A stretch of 36,320 bases of DNA from an uncultured bacterium (GTDB lineage: Bacteria > CSSED10-310 > CAZUFC01). Made by a program: the position numbers and the translations under genes. The notes under the pieces were generated by a model. The model was given only the letters and a program-made list of their open reading frames with translations, was not told where the DNA came from and ran no database searches. The DNA lies in contig CAZUFC010000090.1 in assembly GCA_964619725.1 (NCBI GenBank), forward strand, positions 1 to 36,320, given 5' to 3'. This document shows, piece after piece, positions 28,335-36,320 of the stretch (position 1 is its first letter; every line of letters begins with the position of its first letter).

Positions 28335-29116
28335 GCAATTCACCGCTTATAGAGGCCGTGGACGTCACCCGTAAATTCGGCAAAGGGCCTGATGCGGTAA
28401 CCGCAGTCGAGCGCCTGAATTTTCAAGTATCCCGCAACAGGGTAGTCACGATCGTAGGCGCATCCGGATGCGGCAAAACCACCGCTCTCAACATGATAGC
28501 CGGATTCATTCAGCCGACTGAAGGCCAGGTGCTGCTCCAGGGCGAACCGGTAACCCGCGTGGACTCCCGTTGCGGCATGATTTTTCAGAATTATGCATTG
28601 TTTCCCTGGATGACCGTCAGACAAAACGTTGAATTCGGTCCCCGCATCAAAGGATTATCAAAAAAAATACGCGGTGAAACGGCCGATCGATACATCGAAA
28701 TGGTGGGATTAAAAGGATTTGAAGCGGCCTATCCTCAGCAGTTGTCCGGAGGAATGCGTCAGCGCGTGGCGTTATGCCGCGCCCTGGCCAATGAACCCGA
28801 AATACTGCTGTGCGACGAACCTTTCGCAGCGCTCGACGCCATGACCAGGCAACTGATGCAGGAAGAACTGCTGAACATCGTCGATACTTCCGGCCAGACG
28901 GTCCTTTTCATTACTCATTCCATTGATGAAGCCCTTATTCTGAGCGACCGTATCCTCGTCATGTCGGCCCGCCCCGGTCGAATAAAAATGAACATGGAAA
29001 ACGATCTTCCGCGACCCAGGCATGTGGACGTTCAACTCAGCGACAAATTCATTTCCATGAAACGCAGTATCTGGAAACTCGTGGAAGAGGAAGTCAAAGG
29101 TTCTTTGAAAACATGA
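28331..29116 (+). CDS. ABC transporter ATP-binding protein (SsuB/TauB-like)
   Basis: Walker A GASGCGKT, LSGGMRQR, Walker B LLCDEPF, ITHSIDEA. Confidence 0.96.
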   Translation: MSNSPLIEAVDVTRKFGKGPDAVTAVERLNFQVSRNRVVTIVGASGCGKTTALNMIAGFIQPTEGQVLLQGEPVTRVDSRCGMIFQNYALFPWMTVRQNVEFGPRIKGLSKKIRGETADRYIEMVGLKGFEAAYPQQLSGGMRQRVALCRALANEPEILLCDEPFAALDAMTRQLMQEELLNIVDTSGQTVLFITHSIDEALILSDRILVMSARPGRIKMNMENDLPRPRHVDVQLSDKFISMKRSIWKLVEEEVKGSLKT

Positions 29117-30753
29117 ACGGATTGAGTCATCCTACTAATTCATCCGAGAATGCGGCATCGGAGAATCCCGGTCGAACGGATTCCGGTTTCGACAGGAAGC
29201 TGAAGCAGGTCGAAGCAGAAAATACTGACGTTTCAACCGAAACGGTCAATGAAGACTTTACCTGCGAATGGGAAACGGATGACCTGTTCTGTCCCGACCT
29301 GCCCACGGAACCATTGAAAGACGATCCTCTTATCCTGGTGACAGGCGCTTCTGGATATATCGGCGGCCGCCTGGTCCCGGAACTTATCGAACGCGGTTAC
29401 CGGGTGCGGGCCATGGTGCGCGCAGGACGTTTTTCCTATGCTGTTCGCTGGCCCGGAGTGGAAGTCTTTAAGGCCGATGCGCTTGATTTCGAACGATTGA
29501 AAAAGGCCCTCGAAGGCGTCGACATCGCCTATTACCTGATCCATTCGCTGATGATGGGACCGAGTAAATTTGAAGAAGCAGACATCAGGGCGGCGGCAAA
29601 TTTCTGCAGGGCTGCGGAGCATTGCAATCTGAAAAGAATAATATATCTCGGCGGACTGGGTGATGAATTCACAACGCTGTCTCACCATCTGAAAAGCCGC
29701 ATGCAGGTCGCTGTAGAACTCCGTCGCTGCAAAACGCCCGTGACGACATTACGCGCAGCGGTCATTATCGGATCGGGAAGCGCCTCCTATGAAATTATTC
29801 ACAACCTGGTAAATAAAGTGCCTCTTATTCTTTATCCGCCCTGGGTGAACAACAAGTGCCAGCCCATCGCCATCCGGGACGTCGTCAAATACCTGGTCGG
29901 GGTAATGGAAACGCCGGATTCGACAGGCAAATCATACGATATCGGCGGACCGGATATTCTCTCTTACCTGGATATGATGAAAATATTCGCTCGCCTCCTC
30001 AGAAAAAAAATTCTCTTCATTCGTTTTCCCGGCTTGAAAATAGGCTTCTATTCCTACTTCACCAGCTTGTTCACTCCCGTCCCCGGACCCATGGTACGCT
30101 GCCTTATGGATGGCCTGAAAAATGATGTAATCTGTGAAAATAACAATATACGAGATGTCGTTCCCTTCAAACCCATAAACTACGAAGAAGCCATCCTCAG
30201 GGCCCTGGACCGCGAAGAACGGGACCGCGTCTACACACGCTGGACGGCAGCCTATCCCCCGGCTCATACCCTGGCTATTAAATTGTACGAAATAGAAGGC
30301 GGCCCTCGTTACACGACTCAATATTCCCTGCTTACCGACAAGAAAGCGGAAGACCTCTTCAAATCCATCTGCTGCATCGGCGGTAAAGAAGGATGGTTCA
30401 ACAATAACTGGATGTGGCGATTGAGAGGTCTGGTCGATAAAATCATGCTGGGAGTCGGCTCAAGCCGCGGCAGAAGAAGCAAAACAGTATTGCGCGTCAA
30501 CGACGTCATCGATTTCTGGAGAATCGAATCCATTATTCAAAATAAACAACTCAGACTCCGCGCAGAAATGAAATTGCCCGGTAAAGCCTGGCTGGAATTC
30601 ACCATAGAAGAAGAAAAGTCCAAACGCCGTCTCACCATTACACCATACTTCCACACAAATTCCCTGTTCGGCGTCCTATACTGGTACATATTCCTCCCCT
30701 TCCACGGATTCATCTTCAACGATCTCATCAAGCAAATCGAAAAACGGAGCTGA
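29113..30753 (+). CDS. Atypical SDR / NAD(P)-binding oxidoreductase with C-terminal DUF2867-like domain (YbjT-like)
   Basis: ILVTGASGYIGGRL, AYYLIHS, IIYLGGL, GSGSASYE, IGGKEGW, IDFWR, LRAEMKLPGKAWLEF. Confidence 0.9.
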   Translation: MNGLSHPTNSSENAASENPGRTDSGFDRKLKQVEAENTDVSTETVNEDFTCEWETDDLFCPDLPTEPLKDDPLILVTGASGYIGGRLVPELIERGYRVRAMVRAGRFSYAVRWPGVEVFKADALDFERLKKALEGVDIAYYLIHSLMMGPSKFEEADIRAAANFCRAAEHCNLKRIIYLGGLGDEFTTLSHHLKSRMQVAVELRRCKTPVTTLRAAVIIGSGSASYEIIHNLVNKVPLILYPPWVNNKCQPIAIRDVVKYLVGVMETPDSTGKSYDIGGPDILSYLDMMKIFARLLRKKILFIRFPGLKIGFYSYFTSLFTPVPGPMVRCLMDGLKNDVICENNNIRDVVPFKPINYEEAILRALDREERDRVYTRWTAAYPPAHTLAIKLYEIEGGPRYTTQYSLLTDKKAEDLFKSICCIGGKEGWFNNNWMWRLRGLVDKIMLGVGSSRGRRSKTVLRVNDVIDFWRIESIIQNKQLRLRAEMKLPGKAWLEFTIEEEKSKRRLTITPYFHTNSLFGVLYWYIFLPFHGFIFNDLIKQIEKRS

Positions 30754-30901
30754 AGAAGGCAGAACAGTGGAAGAGGGAGAGGTTGGAAGGGGGGAAGACA
30801 GGGTGACTGGAAAGATGGAAGATTGAGCGGGCAATGATAATACACCTGTTACTGTTAGTTCCGACAAAATAATGAAACTCACCTCACTAAACAATTCCAT
30901 A

Positions 30902-30973
30902 GTCCTTTCCGTCCCTTAGGTCCCTTAGGTCCCTTTCGTCCCTTTAGTCCCTTTAGTCCTTTTAGTCCTTTTA
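30902..30973. repeat. Tandem array of eight 9-mers (GTCCYTTNN)
   Basis: gtcctttcc gtcccttag gtcccttag gtccctttc gtcccttta gtcccttta gtcctttta gtcctttta. Confidence 0.9.
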
Positions 30974-30990
30974 AAAAATGGATATAGACA

Positions 30991-31141
30991 AGGCAGACTT
31001 TAAAACGGGAACAGCGGAAATTACCATTCTAAAAGAATTCCCCGATGTTTTTTATGGCTGGCCGGACATTTCGATACCGACAACGGTCACCGAAACAAAC
31101 TGTCAAACGTTTTGAAAGAAGCGTAACCCCGGTTTAATCAG
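30991..31141. repeat. Dispersed element copy 3 (inverted, hexamer array reduced to about 2-3 units)
   Basis: 31092-31141 matches the reverse complement of 33061-33110 at 44/50. Upstream TTACCATTCTAAAAGAATTCC resembles the copy-1 tail TTACAATTCTACAGAACTCC. Confidence 0.75.
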
Positions 31142-31193
31142 TCCCCAAAAAACAACTGAATCCCCTATCCAGCCATAAAACAACCCATTCTTA

Positions 31194-31234
31194 CTCCCCC
31201 TCTCCATTCATGGAGAGGGGGCCGGGGGGTGAGG
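31194..31234. repeat. GC-rich REP-like palindrome
   Basis: Perfect 12-bp stem CCCCCTCTCCAT-TC-ATGGAGAGGGGG followed by CCGGGGGGTGAGG. Confidence 0.7.
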
Positions 31235-31461
31235 TCGCCCACCAACTTTTATTCATAAAAATGGGCATTAACTTTCTTCCCGCATACAACGCCCAGGGCG
31301 GACCTCTCCCGCCTGAGCGTAAGTTTGACGGCTGGAGTTCCCTCCTGCACCCGTTCCACTTATGCAAGCTGCCGGTAGCTTTCATGGATATCAACGTAAT
31401 GGAATCAGATATCTTCGGAACTTTGCGCTCGATTATCCAGCGACGAACAGGTCCTCAAACC

Positions 31462-32760
31462 TCAACCAGTCAACCACAACCACAGAGGTATTTTGTGTAT
31501 CACGCCTTCCGGTAATTCCACTGTTCCCTCGTCTCGACATGTAATCAGATAACCTTCTTCCAGACCCTGTTCTCTCATGGCTTCCAAAAGTCCCTTGAAT
31601 TCTCTCTCAGGAATTGACGAATCTTCATCCCAACACACCTGCACAGCGCTTACAGCTCTTTGACCTTTCCAGACTATGAAATCGCATTCGTTCCTTCCGG
31701 CATGATAAAATAATCTTGCATCCGCATCCCGGGCCAACTGCACCGCTACAGCCGTCTCCGCAAGCCTCCCCAAATCGCCGGAAAAACGAAACGACACGGC
31801 ATTCCTCAATCCTGTGTCTGTCGCATATACCTTGCGCGGCGCTCTGTATAGATTTGACGCCTTCCATGAAAACCTGGGCATTGATATTATCAGATAACAA
31901 TCCTCAAGATATGAAAAATAAGAACGCACCTGATCCATCGCAAGCCCCAGCTTATTCTTTAAACGGTTATACGTCGTCAGATTCCCTGTATTGACCAGAA
32001 GATTGTGCGCCAGCGACTCCAGAGCCCTTACATTGCGCACATCATGTCGACGAACCACGTCACGATATATGATGTCTCTGAAATATTGTTTCAGAAGCGT
32101 CTCCTTTACTTCGACATCCCCGGATAATGCTACTTCCGGCATTCCTCCGTAACGCAGATAGCGCACTGACTCCTCCTGTAAAAGGGAACCGGCAGTTCTT
32201 ACGCTCCTCTCAGGAACTTCAACGCCTCTGATTCTTAAATATTCCCGAAAAGACAATGGCCATAACGTCCTTACGACGCAACGGCCTGTCAATACCGCTG
32301 AAACTTCAGGCTCCAGAATGCTGCTCGACGATCCGCTGATCGTCAAACGTATTTCATTCGTATCCAAACGCACCCGTGCCCATCGCTCCCACCCCTCCAC
32401 ATTATGAATCTCATCAAGAAACAAATGCGGGATGCCCCGGGGTTGCAGCTCCTGAAGGTATACATTCAAAATGTAATCAAGTAATCGATGATCGACTGCG
32501 CTTTCATAAAAAACAGGCTCTTCAAAATTTACAATCAATATCTCTTCATCCGCTGTCCCACCCTCAATCAATTTTTCCGCAAGTTGCCTCATCAAAGTCG
32601 ACTTGCCGCAACGCCTCATTCCTACTATAGCCAGAGCCTGAGGCCGGTCAAGCCATTTAGCCGACCGGACCTTTTCATCACGGGGCATCCCCGTCGATAT
32701 AAGTCCTCTTCCCCATACATTCCAACGTGCCAGCGCTTCCATCAACTCATTCCGATTCAT
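31462..32760 (-). CDS. AAA+ ATPase (AAA_14 + DUF4143, COG1373 type)
   Basis: Walker A GMRRCGKS, Walker B LFLDEIH, ISGSSS, YGGMPE, KVYATDTGL, nuclease-like ECDF..AVQVC. Confidence 0.92.
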   Translation of the reverse strand: MNRNELMEALARWNVWGRGLISTGMPRDEKVRSAKWLDRPQALAIVGMRRCGKSTLMRQLAEKLIEGGTADEEILIVNFEEPVFYESAVDHRLLDYILNVYLQELQPRGIPHLFLDEIHNVEGWERWARVRLDTNEIRLTISGSSSSILEPEVSAVLTGRCVVRTLWPLSFREYLRIRGVEVPERSVRTAGSLLQEESVRYLRYGGMPEVALSGDVEVKETLLKQYFRDIIYRDVVRRHDVRNVRALESLAHNLLVNTGNLTTYNRLKNKLGLAMDQVRSYFSYLEDCYLIISMPRFSWKASNLYRAPRKVYATDTGLRNAVSFRFSGDLGRLAETAVAVQLARDADARLFYHAGRNECDFIVWKGQRAVSAVQVCWDEDSSIPEREFKGLLEAMREQGLEEGYLITCRDEGTVELPEGVIHKIPLWLWLTG

Positions 32761-32773
32761 GGCCCCCTCCGTT

Positions 32774-32832
32774 TGACCCTCATAAAGGTCATTATTAATC
32801 TAATTATAGCCTTTTTAAAGGTTAAAAGTCAA
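32774..32832 (-). promoter_or_regulatory. Sigma70 promoter of the ATPase gene with two operator-like 18-mers
   Basis: Minus strand TTGACT-18 nt-TATAAT (32832-32803). Related pseudo-palindromes lie at 32774-32791 and 32807-32824. Confidence 0.55.
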
Positions 32833-33060
32833 GTCGAGCATTTCTAACAAGCGGATATCAATCAACTAGCCGCCAGATTCTAAATTCAGAGCTTAAATGG
32901 CGCTGACAAGACCGGAATCCGTCAAACTTAACACATTGAAATACCTGTTCAAAGATGTAATTGCATCAGTGATCGGCGAAGGATGACAAAGCGAAATTCA
33001 GGGATGAAAAATGCTTGCAAAGCTGAACCCGTCCTGTCAATGCATTAATAAAAAAGGGAA

Positions 33061-33253
33061 TTGATCAAACCGGGGCGACACTTCTTTCAAAACTTTTGAC
33101 AGTTTGTTTCAGTAATCAGGGTCGGTATCGGGGTCAAAATCGGAATCGGTATCGGGGTCGAAATCGGGGTCGGTATCGGGGTCGGTATCGAATTAAAATT
33201 ATAAAGTGTTCAGTCGAATTATAACCTCAAAAGAACCTTTTTGATCAATGCCA
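33061..33253. repeat. Dispersed element copy 2: core, then 13 NNTCGS-like units (33114-33191), then tail; TTGATCAA near both ends
   Basis: Colinear with copy 1 across core, array and tail. TTGATCAA at 33061 and 33241. Confidence 0.85.
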
Positions 33254-33314
33254 AAAAATGACAGAAGTCAAAGCATAAACCGACTCGTTTTTTTACGTGT
33301 TTTTCCGTTTTTTC

Positions 33315-36149
33315 TCAATTTGCCCGGAAGGAGAAATCCCATTTCGCGGGAGCGGAAACAAGAGCGCCCGAATCGGGATCGGTCAAAGCCGTCCACAGGG
33401 AGAACTCAGCATCATCGATCGAGTCGGGCAGCTCGAATTCCAGGATCGCAGCTTCAGCCGAGACCATGGCCGGGAAAAAATAATCAACGGCTGCCGGATT
33501 CTCCGTCCATTCGGGATAATAGAGGAAAACGTCTCCGTTTTGTCCTTTATACTGAAGGATGATGTAGTGGGCAACGGGCATTTCAGCATAAAAAGAACGG
33601 AGCTGCAGTTCAGCCGCGAAAGGGTCTCCCGGTCCGTAAGTCGTTTGATTGGTATGAATAAAGGCCTGGGGCGGCAGGGAATTATCTGTCGAAGTAACCA
33701 CGAAATCGGAAATTTTCCATCCCTCTCCGCCGACTCCGCCGTCATTGCTGAATCTGAATCGCAACTTGGCCGGGCCTGCAAAATCGCTTAAATCAAAAAC
33801 TTCCTCTTTCCAGTCGAAGCGACCCGTGAAACAGGGTACGCCTCCGAATGGATTTATCATGTTGCCCCTGGCCGATTCAGAAGGATATCCCCCGACGGGT
33901 TCGACGGAGGTCCACTGCGAACCGTCGAAGACCTCGACTATGCCCAGATCGAAATCCGGTTCCGCATTCATCTTATGCTTGAACGACAAACGGGCATCCG
34001 CAGGCAATTTTATAAAAGGCGTTTCAGCGGCTCCGTCTGCGCCTGAGGCATAGGGACTTTCAGGATTCGGACTGCCGTAAAACAGGATGTTTTTCTTTCT
34101 TTCACCGGTCTGCACTTCGACGGCATTCCATTCATTCTCGCATCCTTCTGTCGCCGGATAATCGCGAAATACTGAAAAATCACGATCGAATAATATGGAG
34201 AATCCGCCTGCGGCGCCCACCGGTAAAATAAACGGAATGATGATGTTCTGTTCGGCGATGATCAATTCGAAGTAGGCATAATGAACCGGAGGATGATCCG
34301 GAGAAATCGCAGCCTGCAATTCACAAATGCCGGATTCGCCGGGCTGCAGTTCCGGTATGGTCGCCTCCCCGGCAATATCGATAAAAAGTTCGGAGGTTTC
34401 AACTTGAGCGGTCCCGCCGGAAAAGGTCCCATGACCATAGTTGGTAAGGTGAACTGATAGAAACCCGGTTTCTCCGGGTTCAGGAATCAGGTTGTCGTTT
34501 GAACCGGGAGGATCATCCGCTTCCTGCCATTGGACGTATTGAACGTTTATTGCCGGTGCAGCAGTTTTCAGACACAGGGTTTCCTCCCAAGTCGATTCGT
34601 TTTCATCCGAGAAAACGATTTCGATTTTACCTTCGTAATCGTCCGGACATGAAGCATCCACGGCGATTATGAGGAACGTATCTCCCATGACCCTTTCCCG
34701 GGGATTTGCATCTCCGAAAGAAACAATGGTTTCCTCCATGTTAAAATACTCGTCCGTACAAACCGCCCGGAGGCTTAAATCATTTAACATTTCAAAATAA
34801 AAATTCGCTGCCGTTAATTCAACCTGAACAGTCTCGCCTGCCGGCAACCTGCCGTCATCACGACCAGACGTGTTATGCTCGACTATGATGGGTTCCTGAA
34901 AGGGAATCAAAGTGGGATCGCCCTGGATATTCAAACCCAAAAACCAGTCGGGATTCTTAAGAATCCAGGCATCCGCCCATACACGGAAGGCTTCGCCGAT
35001 GCATCGTCCCTTCTTCAATTCACGGAAGAAAATATCGAACAGGTACATGGCTCCGATTTTGGAATTGCCGATGCAGGTCAGGCCGTAATTCGGCGTCATG
35101 GTATACCAGGTCGTCATGCAGTCCTGAACGGAAAACATGCCGTTGGTGCATCCGTAGTTGATGTAAAAAAGAGAGGAAGGATCAATACCGGCCAATTCCG
35201 TCGACAAAACAGCCTCGCCGCCTTCAGGTGTCTGAAAGTATTGAGCAGTCGGTGAGGCGTGACCGAAAGGCATCATCCACCTGTATCCCGCACGCAATTT
35301 TTCCTTGTAATCTGCTGCAGAAGTCAAGGCTGCATCCGTTACGCTATCGACTTCAGATATGCCCAGTTGCGCTTCCTCAATCCAGTTCTGCTCATCATCC
35401 ACAAAATCATCGTCAATATAGAGGCAGCCGCTGGGTTCGCTCAGTATCCTGCCTTCCCGGAAGCGCCCGGTCTTGCCTAAATATTCCATCACCTTCTCCG
35501 GCGCCGTAAATTCTCCCAGAGTCAAACGGGATGCATCGGTTCGAGCGACGAAAATGTCCATTCCGCCGGGTTCCCTATAAGCATCATAAAAACCGTTCGC
35601 ATCTGTATCCAGCCACTCTATTTCCAAATCCATGTAAAAAACGTCGAATGGAAATATCTCATAACCCATCTCATAAAGCGCAAAAGGAGCATCCCCGATA
35701 AAATAAACTCCATTTATCCCGCCGCTTAACTGCTCCTGCAGATAACTCCGCATCTGCTCAGGATCGCCCCCGGCAAACGTTCCCAACACAAACTCCCAAC
35801 CCTCATCCGCCAGGTCCTCCGTAAATTCGTCCGCCGCTGCCGCAAGCCCCGGCATCTCATATAATCCCTGCTCAACCAGAATGAAAATCCTGTCGCCCTT
35901 CTCACCCGAACCCTTCCGTATCTCCACTTTCAAATCACCATTAAAGGCATATCGGTTCAGGATTTTCTCCGCTTCCTCCAGGCTGAAGTTACGGCGAAAC
36001 ATGTCCCCGGTCGGATCAAAAGACCCGCTCCAGCCTGGCGGTGCGCTGTACAAAGGCGAACCGAACATCCGTAAGGTCGCGGATATCCATAGCAGGATAG
36101 AGAAAACAGTCCGAAATTTCCTTTTTATGGTTCCTGATATATGAAGCAT
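33315..36149 (-). CDS. Secreted C25 (gingipain-like, clan CD) cysteine peptidase with CARDB-like, jelly-roll and C-terminal beta domains
   Basis: YFIGDAP, DVFYMDLE..WLDTDANGFYD, IFVAR, putative dyad GH297AS and YGC334TNG, NIQGDPTL. Later NDNLIPEPGET..TNYG and LSFKHK..DLGIVEV. Confidence 0.75.
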   Translation of the reverse strand: MLHISGTIKRKFRTVFSILLWISATLRMFGSPLYSAPPGWSGSFDPTGDMFRRNFSLEEAEKILNRYAFNGDLKVEIRKGSGEKGDRIFILVEQGLYEMPGLAAAADEFTEDLADEGWEFVLGTFAGGDPEQMRSYLQEQLSGGINGVYFIGDAPFALYEMGYEIFPFDVFYMDLEIEWLDTDANGFYDAYREPGGMDIFVARTDASRLTLGEFTAPEKVMEYLGKTGRFREGRILSEPSGCLYIDDDFVDDEQNWIEEAQLGISEVDSVTDAALTSAADYKEKLRAGYRWMMPFGHASPTAQYFQTPEGGEAVLSTELAGIDPSSLFYINYGCTNGMFSVQDCMTTWYTMTPNYGLTCIGNSKIGAMYLFDIFFRELKKGRCIGEAFRVWADAWILKNPDWFLGLNIQGDPTLIPFQEPIIVEHNTSGRDDGRLPAGETVQVELTAANFYFEMLNDLSLRAVCTDEYFNMEETIVSFGDANPRERVMGDTFLIIAVDASCPDDYEGKIEIVFSDENESTWEETLCLKTAAPAINVQYVQWQEADDPPGSNDNLIPEPGETGFLSVHLTNYGHGTFSGGTAQVETSELFIDIAGEATIPELQPGESGICELQAAISPDHPPVHYAYFELIIAEQNIIIPFILPVGAAGGFSILFDRDFSVFRDYPATEGCENEWNAVEVQTGERKKNILFYGSPNPESPYASGADGAAETPFIKLPADARLSFKHKMNAEPDFDLGIVEVFDGSQWTSVEPVGGYPSESARGNMINPFGGVPCFTGRFDWKEEVFDLSDFAGPAKLRFRFSNDGGVGGEGWKISDFVVTSTDNSLPPQAFIHTNQTTYGPGDPFAAELQLRSFYAEMPVAHYIILQYKGQNGDVFLYYPEWTENPAAVDYFFPAMVSAEAAILEFELPDSIDDAEFSLWTALTDPDSGALVSAPAKWDFSFRAN

Positions 36150-36320
36150 TTTCTTGTTTTATCCTTATATTTTTTGAAATCCATTGATTCCGGCGTCCGA
36201 ACGGAGAACCTTCCGGAAAACAGCCCCAAACTTGTCTATATCCAAAATAGAAATGAAAATCAAAATTCTGAACTCCTGACAAGAATGTCACAATCTATTG
36301 AAAAAGTGTGATTTTCTTGC

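Noticed and set aside
19155-29116. Sulfur-scavenging module (sulfatase plus sulfonate ABC transporter)
   Set aside because: The sulfatase-fold protein lacks the formylglycine motif, the transporter has its own promoter, and its substrate cannot be read from sequence.

Overview
Bacterial window, probably from an uncultured lineage, with 19 credible CDS. It contains four GT-C-type membrane glycosyltransferases. Two form an operon at 319-4393 and two lie in a 15-kb cluster at 10948-26105. That cluster interleaves two secreted, Pro/Thr-rich, C-terminally anchored surface proteins with four TPR-capped enzymes: an AlkP/NPP-fold enzyme, a sulfatase-fold enzyme with a non-canonical active site, a PMT/ArnT-like GT, and a protein matching the eukaryotic DPY19 tryptophan C-mannosyltransferase motifs in the correct order. 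The neighbouring surface protein is very Trp-rich and carries WxxW sequons. The leading hypothesis is an undescribed bacterial surface-protein glycosylation system that may include Trp C-glycosylation. Other genes: flavin reductase, msrB, FAH-family protein, class I aldolase, class C acid phosphatase, alpha/beta hydrolase, a TauABC/SsuABC-like ABC transporter, a YbjT-like SDR, an AAA_14/DUF4143 ATPase and a C25-like cysteine protease. A non-coding element with a variable NNTCGS hexamer array occurs three times. All family calls come from motif recognition by eye; no database searches were run.
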